Virus record (IMG/VR): IMGVR_UViG_3300004463_000226
Location: 124,001 to 188,000 of that record
DNA: 64,000 nucleotides
Direction: 5' to 3' (one strand)
Each line of letters begins with the position of its first letter. The first letter of the stretch is position 1. Shown piece by piece: positions 1 through 9,627 of the stretch. The position numbers and the translations under genes are program-made. The notes under the pieces are model-generated. The model did no database searches and was not told where the DNA came from. It saw nothing but the letters and a program-made list of their open reading frames with translations.

Positions 1-103
1 ATTAATAAAATTCAATGGCTACAGGCAACTGTCTGATAGCAATGCCTATGTTGAAGGCACTAGAGTTATCTGTCTATTATTGTCAGATAAAATGTAAAAA
101 AAT

Positions 104-146
104 GAGAGAATTAGCTATAGGAACTTTATCCTTAGCTAATTCTCTC
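104..146 (-). terminator. intrinsic terminator overlapping primase stop
   Basis: 14-bp perfect inverted repeat gagagaattagcta/tagctaattctctc next to an A-tract. Confidence 0.75.
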
Positions 147-1169
147 TTTGTAAATTTTTATGTCTTTCTTAGGAAATCCATAATCTTTTTTCTTCTCATT
201 ATAGAATAGATTAACTTTGTTAACCCATGGACTTATTTCTTTTTCAAGAGCCTTATAGAAACCAGGATGCCTATCATTATCTGAATAAATATTTACGTCC
301 ACATTATCTATAACACCCATCTTAATAAAATACTTTATAACTGTAATGTAACCAGCACCACACATAGCTGAATAAATCATGTTTTTCTTTTCTTTGTTGT
401 ACAGGTGATAGTAAACACCGAGTATATCAAAGACACCTTCTGCCATATTAATGGTTATTTTCTTATTAGTGAGTAGATCTACTTGGTTAGGAATTGTATA
501 GAACTTTCTAGTATTATCTAGGTTCTTAAAGATACTATATTTCTCATATCTTTTATACGGGGATTCATAAACTTGTCTGAAGTTTATGAATTCATTTTTT
601 GACGTCAAGAATCCTAGATAATCATCATGTAGTGCTTTAGCCTTCTTAGGATCAACTGTTAGTCTCTCAATATCATTATATTTAAGAAACTGTCCTAATT
701 GGAATATTGATTTAAGTTCTACCATTTCCTCAAATGTAGTTTTTATTCCTAATCTACTCTCAAAGTATTTCTTCTTGAATATGTTTCTTGCATCATCTGG
801 ATCTGGTGATGGTACTTTGAAATCAAATTCATTATTAATAACTCCAAGATGATATTTCATATTCTTCATAGCCACTTTATTATAACGTATAAGTCCACTA
901 TTTAAACTTAAATCATTGATATCTAATGAACGTAATACAGAAGGTGTGAGGATACCTGATGTATCGCACCTATGGCACATAAACAATACAGGTTCATCCT
1001 CACTCATATTTACCTTGATATACAAATGCGTACTCTCAGCGCTTTTACGACTATCACCACAGAATGTACAACGAATAGCAACGAGGGAATCGTTGACTTT
1101 GTGTCTTGGATGTATACCCATCAACTCTTCCCATAATGCTATCTTAAACTCTTCTGTGTTAGTTCTCAT
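132..1169 (-). CDS. DNA primase (T4 gp61-like; Zn finger + TOPRIM)
   Basis: N-terminal CTFC..H..CHRC zinc finger; TOPRIM motifs MAEGVFD and YSDND; stop of upstream AAA gene overlaps start (TAATG). Confidence 0.85.
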   Translation of the reverse strand: MRTNTEEFKIALWEELMGIHPRHKVNDSLVAIRCTFCGDSRKSAESTHLYIKVNMSEDEPVLFMCHRCDTSGILTPSVLRSLDINDLSLNSGLIRYNKVAMKNMKYHLGVINNEFDFKVPSPDPDDARNIFKKKYFESRLGIKTTFEEMVELKSIFQLGQFLKYNDIERLTVDPKKAKALHDDYLGFLTSKNEFINFRQVYESPYKRYEKYSIFKNLDNTRKFYTIPNQVDLLTNKKITINMAEGVFDILGVYYHLYNKEKKNMIYSAMCGAGYITVIKYFIKMGVIDNVDVNIYSDNDRHPGFYKALEKEISPWVNKVNLFYNEKKKDYGFPKKDIKIYKERIS

Positions 1170-2524
1170 TAAAACTCATCATCGTCATCGTAGTCATCAT
1201 CCATGACAGGTGCACTTACTTTAATACGACGACCATGTTTGTATGCTTCATGAGCTTCAGCATGTTCAGCTTTGTTGTTATTGATTGTTTCGCTGGTTTT
1301 CTCTAGTGCTTCTTCGATACTCATATCTGGATTAAGAGCTAATAGATATTGAGTACCAGTCATGATTTCTTTCAAGCTTGCCATTGGTAAATCATCGCTG
1401 AACTTAGTAAACAATTCAACTACTGCTTTATTAGAATCCTTCTTACTGTCATCTTTAAACGTTTTGTACTCAGCTAACAACTCACCAATCTTACGGCTTT
1501 CAAAGAATGCGCGACGAGTTGCTTCGGATGGATTACCGATTTTATAAGTACGGTCAAAGCGTCCAGAACGATTCATAAAGGCTGGATCAATCTGCTCAGG
1601 GTAGTTAGTAGTACCAATGAAATATACGCCTGATTTGATATCTACACCGTCCAGAATGTTAAGGAAATCAGAACGATTAGAAGATGTGATCAGGGAATCT
1701 AAGTCTTCAATGATAATAATGGCTTGCTTCCCGTCAAGAGATTTAATCAACGCCGACAAGATACGTGTTACATTATTAACGTTCGGGTTGATTACAATTT
1801 TACTGATGCCCTCTATAGAGCGAATGATTTCACGGATCATAGAACTTTTTCCGTTACCTGGAGTACCATATAAGATAATACCTCGCTTATAGGCAATCTC
1901 CATTTTGTCATACATTGTTTTTGTTTCTTTCTTGAAGAATGTGAAGATGTCTTGCATAACTTGAACGATTGTAGATTCCTCATCAAAGACGAGCTTCTCT
2001 TTATCAATCTTCTTCTTAGCTACATCAGCAGGTTTCATGCTGTCACCAGTTGCTTCAGATACTTCAATATATTCACGCTTACTGCAATCAAAGTCAATGT
2101 CACGGAATAGATTAGCACGGCTATCTTGCTGAAGAATCGGTTTAGATTTCTTAGAGAACTTCTTCAGCTTACTAGTGTCAATCAAGAATGAGCATTGAAT
2201 TACATAGCGGTCAATAGAATAAAACGCAATTGCGTTGATCTTCTTAGATATTGCAATGCGTTGGAAAATTTCATAGTTGTTTGTAATATCATAGCCATCA
2301 ACTACTTCTGGCTGTGGTAAATCTTCTGGATAGTCGTATACATTACCGATATCCTTAAATTTGAAAGCATGAAGAAGATTCTTAATAATCTCCTCGTTAT
2401 ATACACGGAAGTTAATGCGAGTATACTCGCCTTCTTCCAAATAGACATCGTAATCTAAAACATGATTAACCAGTCGTAATAATTTTAATTCCATATCTTT
2501 TGTCATTTCAGTTCCCATTGCCAT
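1169..2524 (-). CDS. AAA+ ATPase (single classical AAA domain, BCS1/FtsH-like, no protease or TM domain)
   Basis: Walker A GTPGNGKS, Walker B IIIIEDLD, SRH TTNYPEQIDPAFMNRSGRFD; acidic C-tail. Confidence 0.85.
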   Translation of the reverse strand: MAMGTEMTKDMELKLLRLVNHVLDYDVYLEEGEYTRINFRVYNEEIIKNLLHAFKFKDIGNVYDYPEDLPQPEVVDGYDITNNYEIFQRIAISKKINAIAFYSIDRYVIQCSFLIDTSKLKKFSKKSKPILQQDSRANLFRDIDFDCSKREYIEVSEATGDSMKPADVAKKKIDKEKLVFDEESTIVQVMQDIFTFFKKETKTMYDKMEIAYKRGIILYGTPGNGKSSMIREIIRSIEGISKIVINPNVNNVTRILSALIKSLDGKQAIIIIEDLDSLITSSNRSDFLNILDGVDIKSGVYFIGTTNYPEQIDPAFMNRSGRFDRTYKIGNPSEATRRAFFESRKIGELLAEYKTFKDDSKKDSNKAVVELFTKFSDDLPMASLKEIMTGTQYLLALNPDMSIEEALEKTSETINNNKAEHAEAHEAYKHGRRIKVSAPVMDDDYDDDDEF

Positions 2525-3003
2525 TATCGCAACATCCTTTCGTTTCTAAGACTATCGTAGAAAATATGTGGTCTCATTGGATCCATAACTCCAAAGTAGA
2601 TATAGTCTCCTTTAGCTATCTCATCGAGACTAAGCATTTTGTTTACTTTTTGATAAATATAATAATGATACTCAAACTGGTTCTGACTTATCTTATCTAA
2701 AATATAAGAGTCAGCATAATCAATTACTCTATAATACTCACCCCTCTCAAAGTAATAGCGATTACCATCGTATTCAAATTGATCACGTTTATAATCTTCA
2801 TCGTAATAAAAGTTTACCTCTAGATAGTTATGTAAGTCTCTGACTCCATAAAACTCTGCTATTTTTTCCTTATCTTTATATAAGTGATATTTGCTTTCGA
2901 GATACTTATAATTTAAATTCCTTTGCTTCATCATCTTATGACATTCTTTCAACATCCACTCGGACTCTATCATTAAGTCACCTCCTATGTTTATTTCATA
3001 CAT
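2524..3003 (-). CDS. hypothetical protein (two possible in-frame starts, 3003 and 2973)
   Basis: ORF; both ATGs preceded by AGGAGG. Confidence 0.75.
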   Translation of the reverse strand: MYEINIGGDLMIESEWMLKECHKMMKQRNLNYKYLESKYHLYKDKEKIAEFYGVRDLHNYLEVNFYYDEDYKRDQFEYDGNRYYFERGEYYRVIDYADSYILDKISQNQFEYHYYIYQKVNKMLSLDEIAKGDYIYFGVMDPMRPHIFYDSLRNERMLR

Positions 3004-3011
3004 ATTCCTCC

Positions 3012-3023
3012 TATAATAAAGTT
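3012..3023 (-). promoter_or_regulatory. putative variant promoter AACT-N6-TA
   Basis: AACTTTATTATA ahead of hypothetical-AAA-primase operon. Confidence 0.55.
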
Positions 3024-3072
3024 GTACCACTTATAAAAAGTAACATCACTAGCAAATGCTAGTGCCATTTTA

Positions 3073-4119
3073 TTAATAATATTCAAGATGTACTTCTCGT
3101 CTAATTCTTTGTGCGTCGTTAAAGCACATTCTACATGCATTCATAAACCACGCATCATCAAGTCCCATTTCTTTATATGGAACTTTTATTATGACTATAT
3201 CATTGGCGGAATTTATCTTAATCTGCTCTCTTAATTGATCAATAGTTAAATCAAACATCTCTGGTTTCCAGCACAATCCTTGCTCTTGCATTCTAAATCC
3301 AAATGCAGCAGATTCATTTGTTTCAGGATCTCCTAATGTAGTTGTAAATATTCTACATGGTTTTATACCTGAAGTTTTTTCATTACGCATCTTGTACATA
3401 GCAGGAGCAGATGATTCAATAATCTCACCAACAAAAGGTATGTGCTCAAAGTCGTCAAAGTACTGAATAGTACCCACCGCTTCATTACCCATTTGCTCAG
3501 CAGTTTCTCTATCCTTAGGATTCTCAATCTGTCTAATAACATTGCGCGATAAGAAGTTTTCCATAGTTGTTCTTTTATGGACTACCATATTCATAATGGT
3601 AGACAGATAGTCAGGAAGTATTGCTACTTGGCTAAGAGTCCTAGACATATTATTATAAAACCCACTAAACGAAGAAGCCATGTATCTAAACTCAGTAGTA
3701 GTGCCACCAAACATAAATAACCAGTGAAGTAAGGTATTGTAACTCGCCCTCCTATATGTTTGATATGGATATACAGAATAATGATCAATACCATTTAACG
3801 TGCAATAGATTGAAGCAAGATTTGCTAAGTGTAGTACGAATGGTGTTCCTCCTTCACCACCTTGTTCAGGTATAGCAACACATTCACGTAAATAATACCA
3901 TGGATTAATAATTATTTCTTGGATAATCTTTTGCTTTGTTTCAATGCTAAGATTATCATCAAATGGATTGACATACTGTAAGCTAGGATCATATAACTTT
4001 AGGAAAAACATATTGTTTTTAACACCCATGTCCTTAAGTTTAATGCTTAACTTAAGAAAAGATTCATTGGTAGTGTTAATTTGATAAACAAATCTTTTTG
4101 TCCTATTCAATTTCTCCAC
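3073..4119 (-). CDS. terminase large subunit ATPase-domain paralog, degenerate Walker A, no nuclease domain
   Basis: Colinear with residues ~1-355 of TerL at 36982 (identical KNNMFFLKLYD, INPWYxLRECVxIPEQGG, GIDHY, CRIFT); Walker A PRQKGKT replaced by PYQTYRR. Confidence 0.9.
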   Translation of the reverse strand: MEKLNRTKRFVYQINTTNESFLKLSIKLKDMGVKNNMFFLKLYDPSLQYVNPFDDNLSIETKQKIIQEIIINPWYYLRECVAIPEQGGEGGTPFVLHLANLASIYCTLNGIDHYSVYPYQTYRRASYNTLLHWLFMFGGTTTEFRYMASSFSGFYNNMSRTLSQVAILPDYLSTIMNMVVHKRTTMENFLSRNVIRQIENPKDRETAEQMGNEAVGTIQYFDDFEHIPFVGEIIESSAPAMYKMRNEKTSGIKPCRIFTTTLGDPETNESAAFGFRMQEQGLCWKPEMFDLTIDQLREQIKINSANDIVIIKVPYKEMGLDDAWFMNACRMCFNDAQRIRREVHLEYY

Positions 4120-4133
4120 TCCCTTTCTTTTTC

Positions 4134-4145
4134 TATGTAAAAGTT
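4134..4145 (-). promoter_or_regulatory. putative variant promoter AACT-N6-TA
   Basis: AACTTTTACATA ahead of TerL ATPase paralog. Confidence 0.5.
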
Positions 4146-4158
4146 CTTTCGTTTATAA

Positions 4159-4641
4159 TTATTCATATATTGGTATATATTTTTTAGCAGCACACTCTTT
4201 TTCATAATCATGTCTCAGGTACACAAGAATATCACGTATGTACTTATCAGATTTTCCTTTCTTTTGAAGTGCGTTATTGACATCTTCCCTATCTTTATAA
4301 CCTTGAGTGACTAGATAATCATTAAAAGTAAACTTCTCTTCTTCCTTAACAGATTCTTCTTTGGTCTCTTCTATCTCAACATCGGATTTATATCCGTTGT
4401 TTAATACTCCTACAACAATATTCATGCAAGTAATAACTTCCCACTCCTTCTCACCCCAATTAAATCTCTCAGCAAATTCTTTCTTTATACCTTCAGGAAT
4501 TTCTGGGCTATTAGAATCTTCATCAGTACCATTCCAACCAACAACTATACCATACAGGAAAGCATCTAATTCATTTTGTCCGAAATCCTTAGCTCCGAAA
4601 ACAATCTTGTCTTTAATACGATCAATCATGTTCATTCTCAT
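4159..4641 (-). CDS. hypothetical protein
   Basis: ORF with SD GAAGGAG; start could be 4635. Confidence 0.75.
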   Translation of the reverse strand: MRMNMIDRIKDKIVFGAKDFGQNELDAFLYGIVVGWNGTDEDSNSPEIPEGIKKEFAERFNWGEKEWEVITCMNIVVGVLNNGYKSDVEIEETKEESVKEEEKFTFNDYLVTQGYKDREDVNNALQKKGKSDKYIRDILVYLRHDYEKECAAKKYIPIYE

Positions 4642-4849
4642 TTTCTCCTTCAGTAATCTCTAATGTAACAGTATGAGTGTATTCACCATCATTAATAGCT
4701 ATTGTTTTACCATTGATAAATTCTTGAAGCTGCTCTTGAGTCATCTTTAGAGTATCAGCACCCCAGCCTTGCTTATGAAATTCATTAATTGCTTCATCAG
4801 TACTCTCTATCATTTCAACTGTTGATAATTCAGAAGTATCTATTCTCAT
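4622..4849 (-). CDS. hypothetical protein
   Basis: ORF with SD, in operon orientation. Confidence 0.75.
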   Translation of the reverse strand: MRIDTSELSTVEMIESTDEAINEFHKQGWGADTLKMTQEQLQEFINGKTIAINDGEYTHTVTLEITEGENENEHD

Positions 4850-4864
4850 TTTAATATCTCCTCA

Positions 4865-5308
4865 TTAATGTATTATAACTCCATCATTTGAATTGCTCAG
4901 TAAATGAATAATGTCTATTGCTTTAGAAATACTCATATTCATTTCATGTATATCTCCTCCTTTTTCAACAACTTCCTGATACATGTTTTTATTCTCAAGA
5001 ACATATTCCAGACCAGCACGAAGAACATTACTAAACGCCCAGATAAAAGTATTTTGTGCATTCAATCTAGATATATATAGACAGATTGGTTTATATAACT
5101 TATATTCTTCAGTAACACCTTTTTCATAATACCCGAACTTCATTGTAAACAGCATAGACTTTCCTTCTTTAGTTGTTATTTTAACAACCTCTTCCAATAT
5201 AGAGCCAGTGGGTATTAGATCTCTCCTAACTCGTATAAATAGTTCCCCTTTCTTATCTGAACCAACAGATATTGTAGTAAGAATCTCGCTCGAAATTCTT
5301 TCATTCAT
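4865..5308 (-). CDS. hypothetical early protein
   Basis: ORF, SD AGGAGG, early motif at 5345-5354. Confidence 0.75.
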   Translation of the reverse strand: MNERISSEILTTISVGSDKKGELFIRVRRDLIPTGSILEEVVKITTKEGKSMLFTMKFGYYEKGVTEEYKLYKPICLYISRLNAQNTFIWAFSNVLRAGLEYVLENKNMYQEVVEKGGDIHEMNMSISKAIDIIHLLSNSNDGVIIH

Positions 5309-5344
5309 ATTATAACCTCCTAATTATTAATTGATTACCTTAAT

Positions 5345-5354
5345 ATAATATATA
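5345..5354 (-). promoter_or_regulatory. putative early promoter motif TATATATTAT
   Basis: Intergenic, ahead of 4865-5308; motif recurs at operon heads. Confidence 0.65.
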
Positions 5355-5373
5355 ATAAAAAAGGTTATTAAAT

Positions 5374-5393
5374 GGGATGACTTGCGTCATCCC
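5374..5393 (-). terminator. hairpin terminator
   Basis: gggatgac-ttgc-gtcatccc. Confidence 0.6.
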
Positions 5394-5401
5394 CCACTTA
5401 T

Positions 5402-6898
5402 TTATAACTGATTTAAGAAGTTCAAAAACTCATCCGATAATATGTCTGGATTATGAACTTCTAGCTTGTCCCCGAGCTTATCATCATTATCATAATCTAC
5501 AATTGTGAAAGTTGTATTTATAATTGTAGATAGTAGATTTAAGATGAGATTAGATTTCTTTAATTCTTCTAGTGTAGAAAACTTTTCATTCACTAGAGTT
5601 TGATAGATCGCTGAGTTCTCAATTTTCATTAAGAACTTTTGATTCTGAATTGTACGTTTGTTTAACTTCTCTACATTACCAGTCAGAATTTCTGGTAAAT
5701 ATACTAAACCTTGAAGCTGTAGTCTTCTCTTAAGCAATACTAACAACTTCAGATATTGTTTTCGTGTTAATAGATTAAGGTCACGATATCCACCGAAATA
5801 TTTTGCATAATAGTAATAAACCAATTGCACTTGGAATTTATTAATCTTATGATGCTTTTTATAGAATTCAATTTCCTCTTTCGGGATATCAATATTCATA
5901 GACTTCTTAATCATTTTGATTGTGTTTTTGATATTGATGTTTGATAAGATGACAAGTGATTCATCAATCTTATACGAGTTCATCTCCAGTTTATCTAATC
6001 CTGATAAACCTTCAGAATCTTTCTTACTGTCTAGCTGAACCAACGTGTGTTCATAAGGCTCAATAATAAAATAGCCTAGCTGACGTTCGATAACTACAGC
6101 GTTGAAGTGAATGATGTTGCTATCAAATCTGTATTTAAACATAGTCTCAGAAATGATCTTCTCTTTCAACATTTCATCTGCTTTTGTCAGTGTGTCTTCA
6201 CCTAAGATTTCACGTTGCTCCCAGATTAGGCGGTTCTTTGAAAAGCTGTTTTTAACTTTAGCCTGGATAGTAATCCATAGTTTGTTATAGATATCAATAT
6301 CTTCCGAATACATATAGAAGAGTTTTTCATAGAAGTTGAATAAAGGAACATCTTTGCCAATGTTGTAAGTATTGATATAATGAAACAGTATCGGCACCAT
6401 TATTTTCATAGACACAGATATCTTCATCATAATCTTAGCATGGTCGTTAGTGAATTCTAGTTGTTCTGTATATCTCTTACCATCCTTAGATGTTAGGTCA
6501 TAGAAATGGTTATCTTCAACCATATTAGATATCTTTTCCTGCATAGAATCTGTAAACACAATACTATACATGGCTTTGATAAATGCTGTAGGCGACTTGA
6601 TCTTTGTCTTCTTATTGTCAATAAGAAACTTCATTTTCAAGTAAGCCATGACTAGCTCTTTTTCTTGGTCATAGAAATTAATGAAGTAATTAATGTAATT
6701 CGTTATATCCCCTAAACGTTTTACATAAGATTCCTTCTTGATTACAAATGTTTTAATTGCACTGATATCTTGTTGATAGATCTCCTCAAATGGAATGATG
6801 ACTAGCTTACCATCATAGTAAACGTATTTCTGGTCATCGCGTGGTTTCCAGCTATCAACTCTACATATAATTTCTTTATCCATTATCCCCAACACCAA
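5402..6898 (-). CDS. probable sigma-like promoter-specificity subunit of non-virion RNAP (AR9 gp226 / phiKZ gp68-like)
   Basis: 498 aa helical protein; early promoter directly upstream like the other nvRNAP genes; two genes downstream of the chaperonin, matching recalled AR9 order gp228-gp227-gp226; no motif-level proof. Confidence 0.55.
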   Translation of the reverse strand: MVLGIMDKEIICRVDSWKPRDDQKYVYYDGKLVIIPFEEIYQQDISAIKTFVIKKESYVKRLGDITNYINYFINFYDQEKELVMAYLKMKFLIDNKKTKIKSPTAFIKAMYSIVFTDSMQEKISNMVEDNHFYDLTSKDGKRYTEQLEFTNDHAKIMMKISVSMKIMVPILFHYINTYNIGKDVPLFNFYEKLFYMYSEDIDIYNKLWITIQAKVKNSFSKNRLIWEQREILGEDTLTKADEMLKEKIISETMFKYRFDSNIIHFNAVVIERQLGYFIIEPYEHTLVQLDSKKDSEGLSGLDKLEMNSYKIDESLVILSNINIKNTIKMIKKSMNIDIPKEEIEFYKKHHKINKFQVQLVYYYYAKYFGGYRDLNLLTRKQYLKLLVLLKRRLQLQGLVYLPEILTGNVEKLNKRTIQNQKFLMKIENSAIYQTLVNEKFSTLEELKKSNLILNLLSTIINTTFTIVDYDNDDKLGDKLEVHNPDILSDEFLNFLNQL

Positions 6899-6925
6899 CC
6901 TCTTGAATTGATTAATTGCATATCT

Positions 6926-6935
6926 ATAATATATA
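6926..6935 (-). promoter_or_regulatory. putative early promoter motif TATATATTAT
   Basis: Ahead of sigma-like gene. Confidence 0.7.
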
Positions 6936-6938
6936 TTT

Positions 6939-7814
6939 CTATCTAGGCTTTATCTTGTTGATGGAAGACTTCTTCGGTGTTATCTTTCCTTTAGGAGTTA
7001 TATGTCTAGAAGACTTAAGCTGAGCACCGAGCTTGTCTTTACTAGCAATAGTTCCTTTTCGTGAAGAAGGTTCTTCTTTTTTTGTTAAAACAGCCGCTTT
7101 GAGTTTAGATTGTTCTTCCCTCTCAGCACGAACCTTGTCCTGTTTAATCTCCACAGAGATTTTATCAGTATTACGAATGTTCTTAACAAACTCTGCTTTA
7201 TTAAATGGCTTAGCCATAGAATCAATTACTATCTTATTTAAGTATTTTCTGTCAAGCAATAAGTAGTGACAAGCAAAGTATATTGTCTTTTCATAGCTGA
7301 TAATTTCCCCTGGGTTTCTAGTTACAGGAGGGTGTGAAAAAGTTTCTTTACGAAACTTGTCTTTTAATTCCTCTACAAATAATCCATATAGATTAAATGC
7401 ATACGCAAATGTATAGGTAAAGCTTGGACTATTAGAGAAGAATTTAACATAATATCTGTTAAGATTACTATCATTAGCAATCTCTGGTTCATCTGCTACT
7501 GTAAAATGTAGAACTACGTCATATGTATTTCTACGTTCCTTTCCTTCACTTGGGACAGTAAAATGAAAATAATACTCATGCTTATCTTTATAGATATTCA
7601 GAGTTATTTTCTTATCATGAACTTTAGATTTTACATTAGGCGGTTTATAAATAGAATTACGTCTAAGACCACTCTCTTTTCCTATTTCACTAGGAAACAT
7701 TAGGTCATATCTTCTATCCAAATCATCCTTAATGAGCTGTCGAGATGGAATTGCATTACTACCTCGACCCATAGGGTTATTAATAAAATCCTGTAAGGTT
7801 TGTAGTATAAACAT
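6939..7814 (-). CDS. hypothetical protein with basic Lys/Pro-rich C-terminal tail
   Basis: ORF; tail HITPKGKITPKKSSINKIKPR. Confidence 0.8.
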   Translation of the reverse strand: MFILQTLQDFINNPMGRGSNAIPSRQLIKDDLDRRYDLMFPSEIGKESGLRRNSIYKPPNVKSKVHDKKITLNIYKDKHEYYFHFTVPSEGKERRNTYDVVLHFTVADEPEIANDSNLNRYYVKFFSNSPSFTYTFAYAFNLYGLFVEELKDKFRKETFSHPPVTRNPGEIISYEKTIYFACHYLLLDRKYLNKIVIDSMAKPFNKAEFVKNIRNTDKISVEIKQDKVRAEREEQSKLKAAVLTKKEEPSSRKGTIASKDKLGAQLKSSRHITPKGKITPKKSSINKIKPR

Positions 7815-7835
7815 AGTCTCAAGCTCCCTATAAAA

Positions 7836-7859
7836 GGAGGATAGTAAGAACTATCCTCC
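7836..7859 (-). terminator. terminator after chaperonin
   Basis: ggaggatagt-aaga-actatcctcc, A-tract on left. Confidence 0.75.
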
Positions 7860-7866
7860 AATTACT

Positions 7867-9594
7867 TTAGTTTGTACCTTGGTCAGCTTTAATTGAAATG
7901 TACTGGTTACTGCTCAATAATAATGCAACGATAGACGTAGCAGCACGTAAGATTTCAACATCTGTATGACAAGGGTTAATTACATCAGCCGAATAAGTAT
8001 CTGTGATTAAATCATAGCACAGTTCCTTTTCAATGGCTTCATCTACAATTCCATGTAGGAATGCTTCTGGCTCTGTAGTGTATTTTCTACCTAATACTTT
8101 AGTAAATACCTCACAGAAAGCTGCACGTAGAAGCATAAGAATGTTTTGCTCAACGCATACTTCTTTGTATTGTGTTTCAAGAAGATGGTCGATTGCAATA
8201 GGAATAATAAGGTTTCCACCAATATTATATCCATAGTGATAAGCTGATTCACATGCTTTAACAGCATCTTCAACTAGATCATAATTACTTGCTTTTTCAA
8301 GCCCAGATTGTCCACCAACATGAATAACACCCATGATTCCTTTTAGCTTAGATAGACGTTTCTTTACTTCATATAGCTGGGAATCAACGATATTCAACTC
8401 TTGGTGAGTTTGCTCAAGTTTGCTGAACTTAGCGCGAGCATCACGCAATGCTACTTGATACATTTCCTCATTGCGGTTATAGAAACCTCTAATAAGTGTT
8501 GTATCTGGTCCAACAGCAATACTATCTACTTGACCAAGGAATGAAGATATATCTGGTACTTTTTCAGGATCTTCAGAATTAAATGCATATACATCAGTAT
8601 CACGAATAATCATACCACCAGTCATGATAGCAAAATCATTGAACTGTTCTTGGAATAGATTACTTGATAACATAGCGCGTGTATATACAACTGCTGTAGT
8701 TCCATGTTGATGCATTTGTTGATTCGCTTGAGTGCGAATATGGTTAAGCATAAATGAATCGAAGTGTGGTGCAATTACCACTAAGCGACGACCTTCGTGA
8801 ACTGCAAGAGACATTGCTTTATAGATGATTGTATTGTAGTGCGACTCAAGGTCAACCTTATGGTCGAACATTAGAATCAGCGGCTTGTTAATGTTACAGA
8901 TTCCATCATCATTGGTTGCATAGATTGCATCTAGGTACGTAATTAAGGCTTTATAGCCTTCAACGATTTCATATGTAGTCTTTGCAGACCGAGCTTTAAT
9001 GAACTCAATAGATGGATTTTCTGTTTCTTTGTAAATAGTGCGGATGATATCTGAAACCTCAGTATCGCCGTTAGTTGAAATCATCGCTAAACGATAGATT
9101 TCATCAAGATCTGGAGACCCAGCCGCATCAATTTTAGTAGAGCGATTAAGAACTTCGCCTGTAATAGATTCTACTGCACGTTTAAGAGAATCAATTACTT
9201 CTTTAGGGCGAACCTTCTTAAGTTGCTCGCTACTTTCAAGTTTTTTAAGAATAGAGTTAGCTGCTACGATAGAAGATGTACTACCGTCACCAACTTTAAT
9301 TACAACTTGTGCGCTGATATTAACCAGCAGTTGAAGAAGGTTTTGCTCTGTTGGATCGTCAAATGAAATCTTTTTAAGGATATTCCAGCCGTCCTTTGTA
9401 ATATGCATTTCACCGAATTTTTCAATGATAGCTGTAGCACCGTAAGGTCCTAATGTATTAGTTAGCATAGTTGCAACCTGATCAAATACGTTGCGAACGC
9501 GTGCTCTAAATTGGGTCTCTTCAATAACATTCCAGTTTAATGACTTTTTATAGTTTTTTGGTAAAAAAGTTTCACTTAAAGTAGGTTCAGCCAT
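7867..9594 (-). CDS. groEL: GroEL-like phage chaperonin
   Basis: TLGPYG, ITKDGWNIL, KVGDGSTS, EDAVKA motifs; 575 aa; no GGM tail. Confidence 0.93.
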   Translation of the reverse strand: MAEPTLSETFLPKNYKKSLNWNVIEETQFRARVRNVFDQVATMLTNTLGPYGATAIIEKFGEMHITKDGWNILKKISFDDPTEQNLLQLLVNISAQVVIKVGDGSTSSIVAANSILKKLESSEQLKKVRPKEVIDSLKRAVESITGEVLNRSTKIDAAGSPDLDEIYRLAMISTNGDTEVSDIIRTIYKETENPSIEFIKARSAKTTYEIVEGYKALITYLDAIYATNDDGICNINKPLILMFDHKVDLESHYNTIIYKAMSLAVHEGRRLVVIAPHFDSFMLNHIRTQANQQMHQHGTTAVVYTRAMLSSNLFQEQFNDFAIMTGGMIIRDTDVYAFNSEDPEKVPDISSFLGQVDSIAVGPDTTLIRGFYNRNEEMYQVALRDARAKFSKLEQTHQELNIVDSQLYEVKKRLSKLKGIMGVIHVGGQSGLEKASNYDLVEDAVKACESAYHYGYNIGGNLIIPIAIDHLLETQYKEVCVEQNILMLLRAAFCEVFTKVLGRKYTTEPEAFLHGIVDEAIEKELCYDLITDTYSADVINPCHTDVEILRAATSIVALLLSSNQYISIKADQGTN

Positions 9595-9627
9595 TATAGT
9601 TTCTCCTCCGTATTATATATTTATCTA

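Noticed and set aside
3073-4119. Terminase paralog as pseudogene or assembly duplicate
   Set aside because: No frameshift or stop; DNA too diverged for an assembly artefact; truncation falls at a domain boundary
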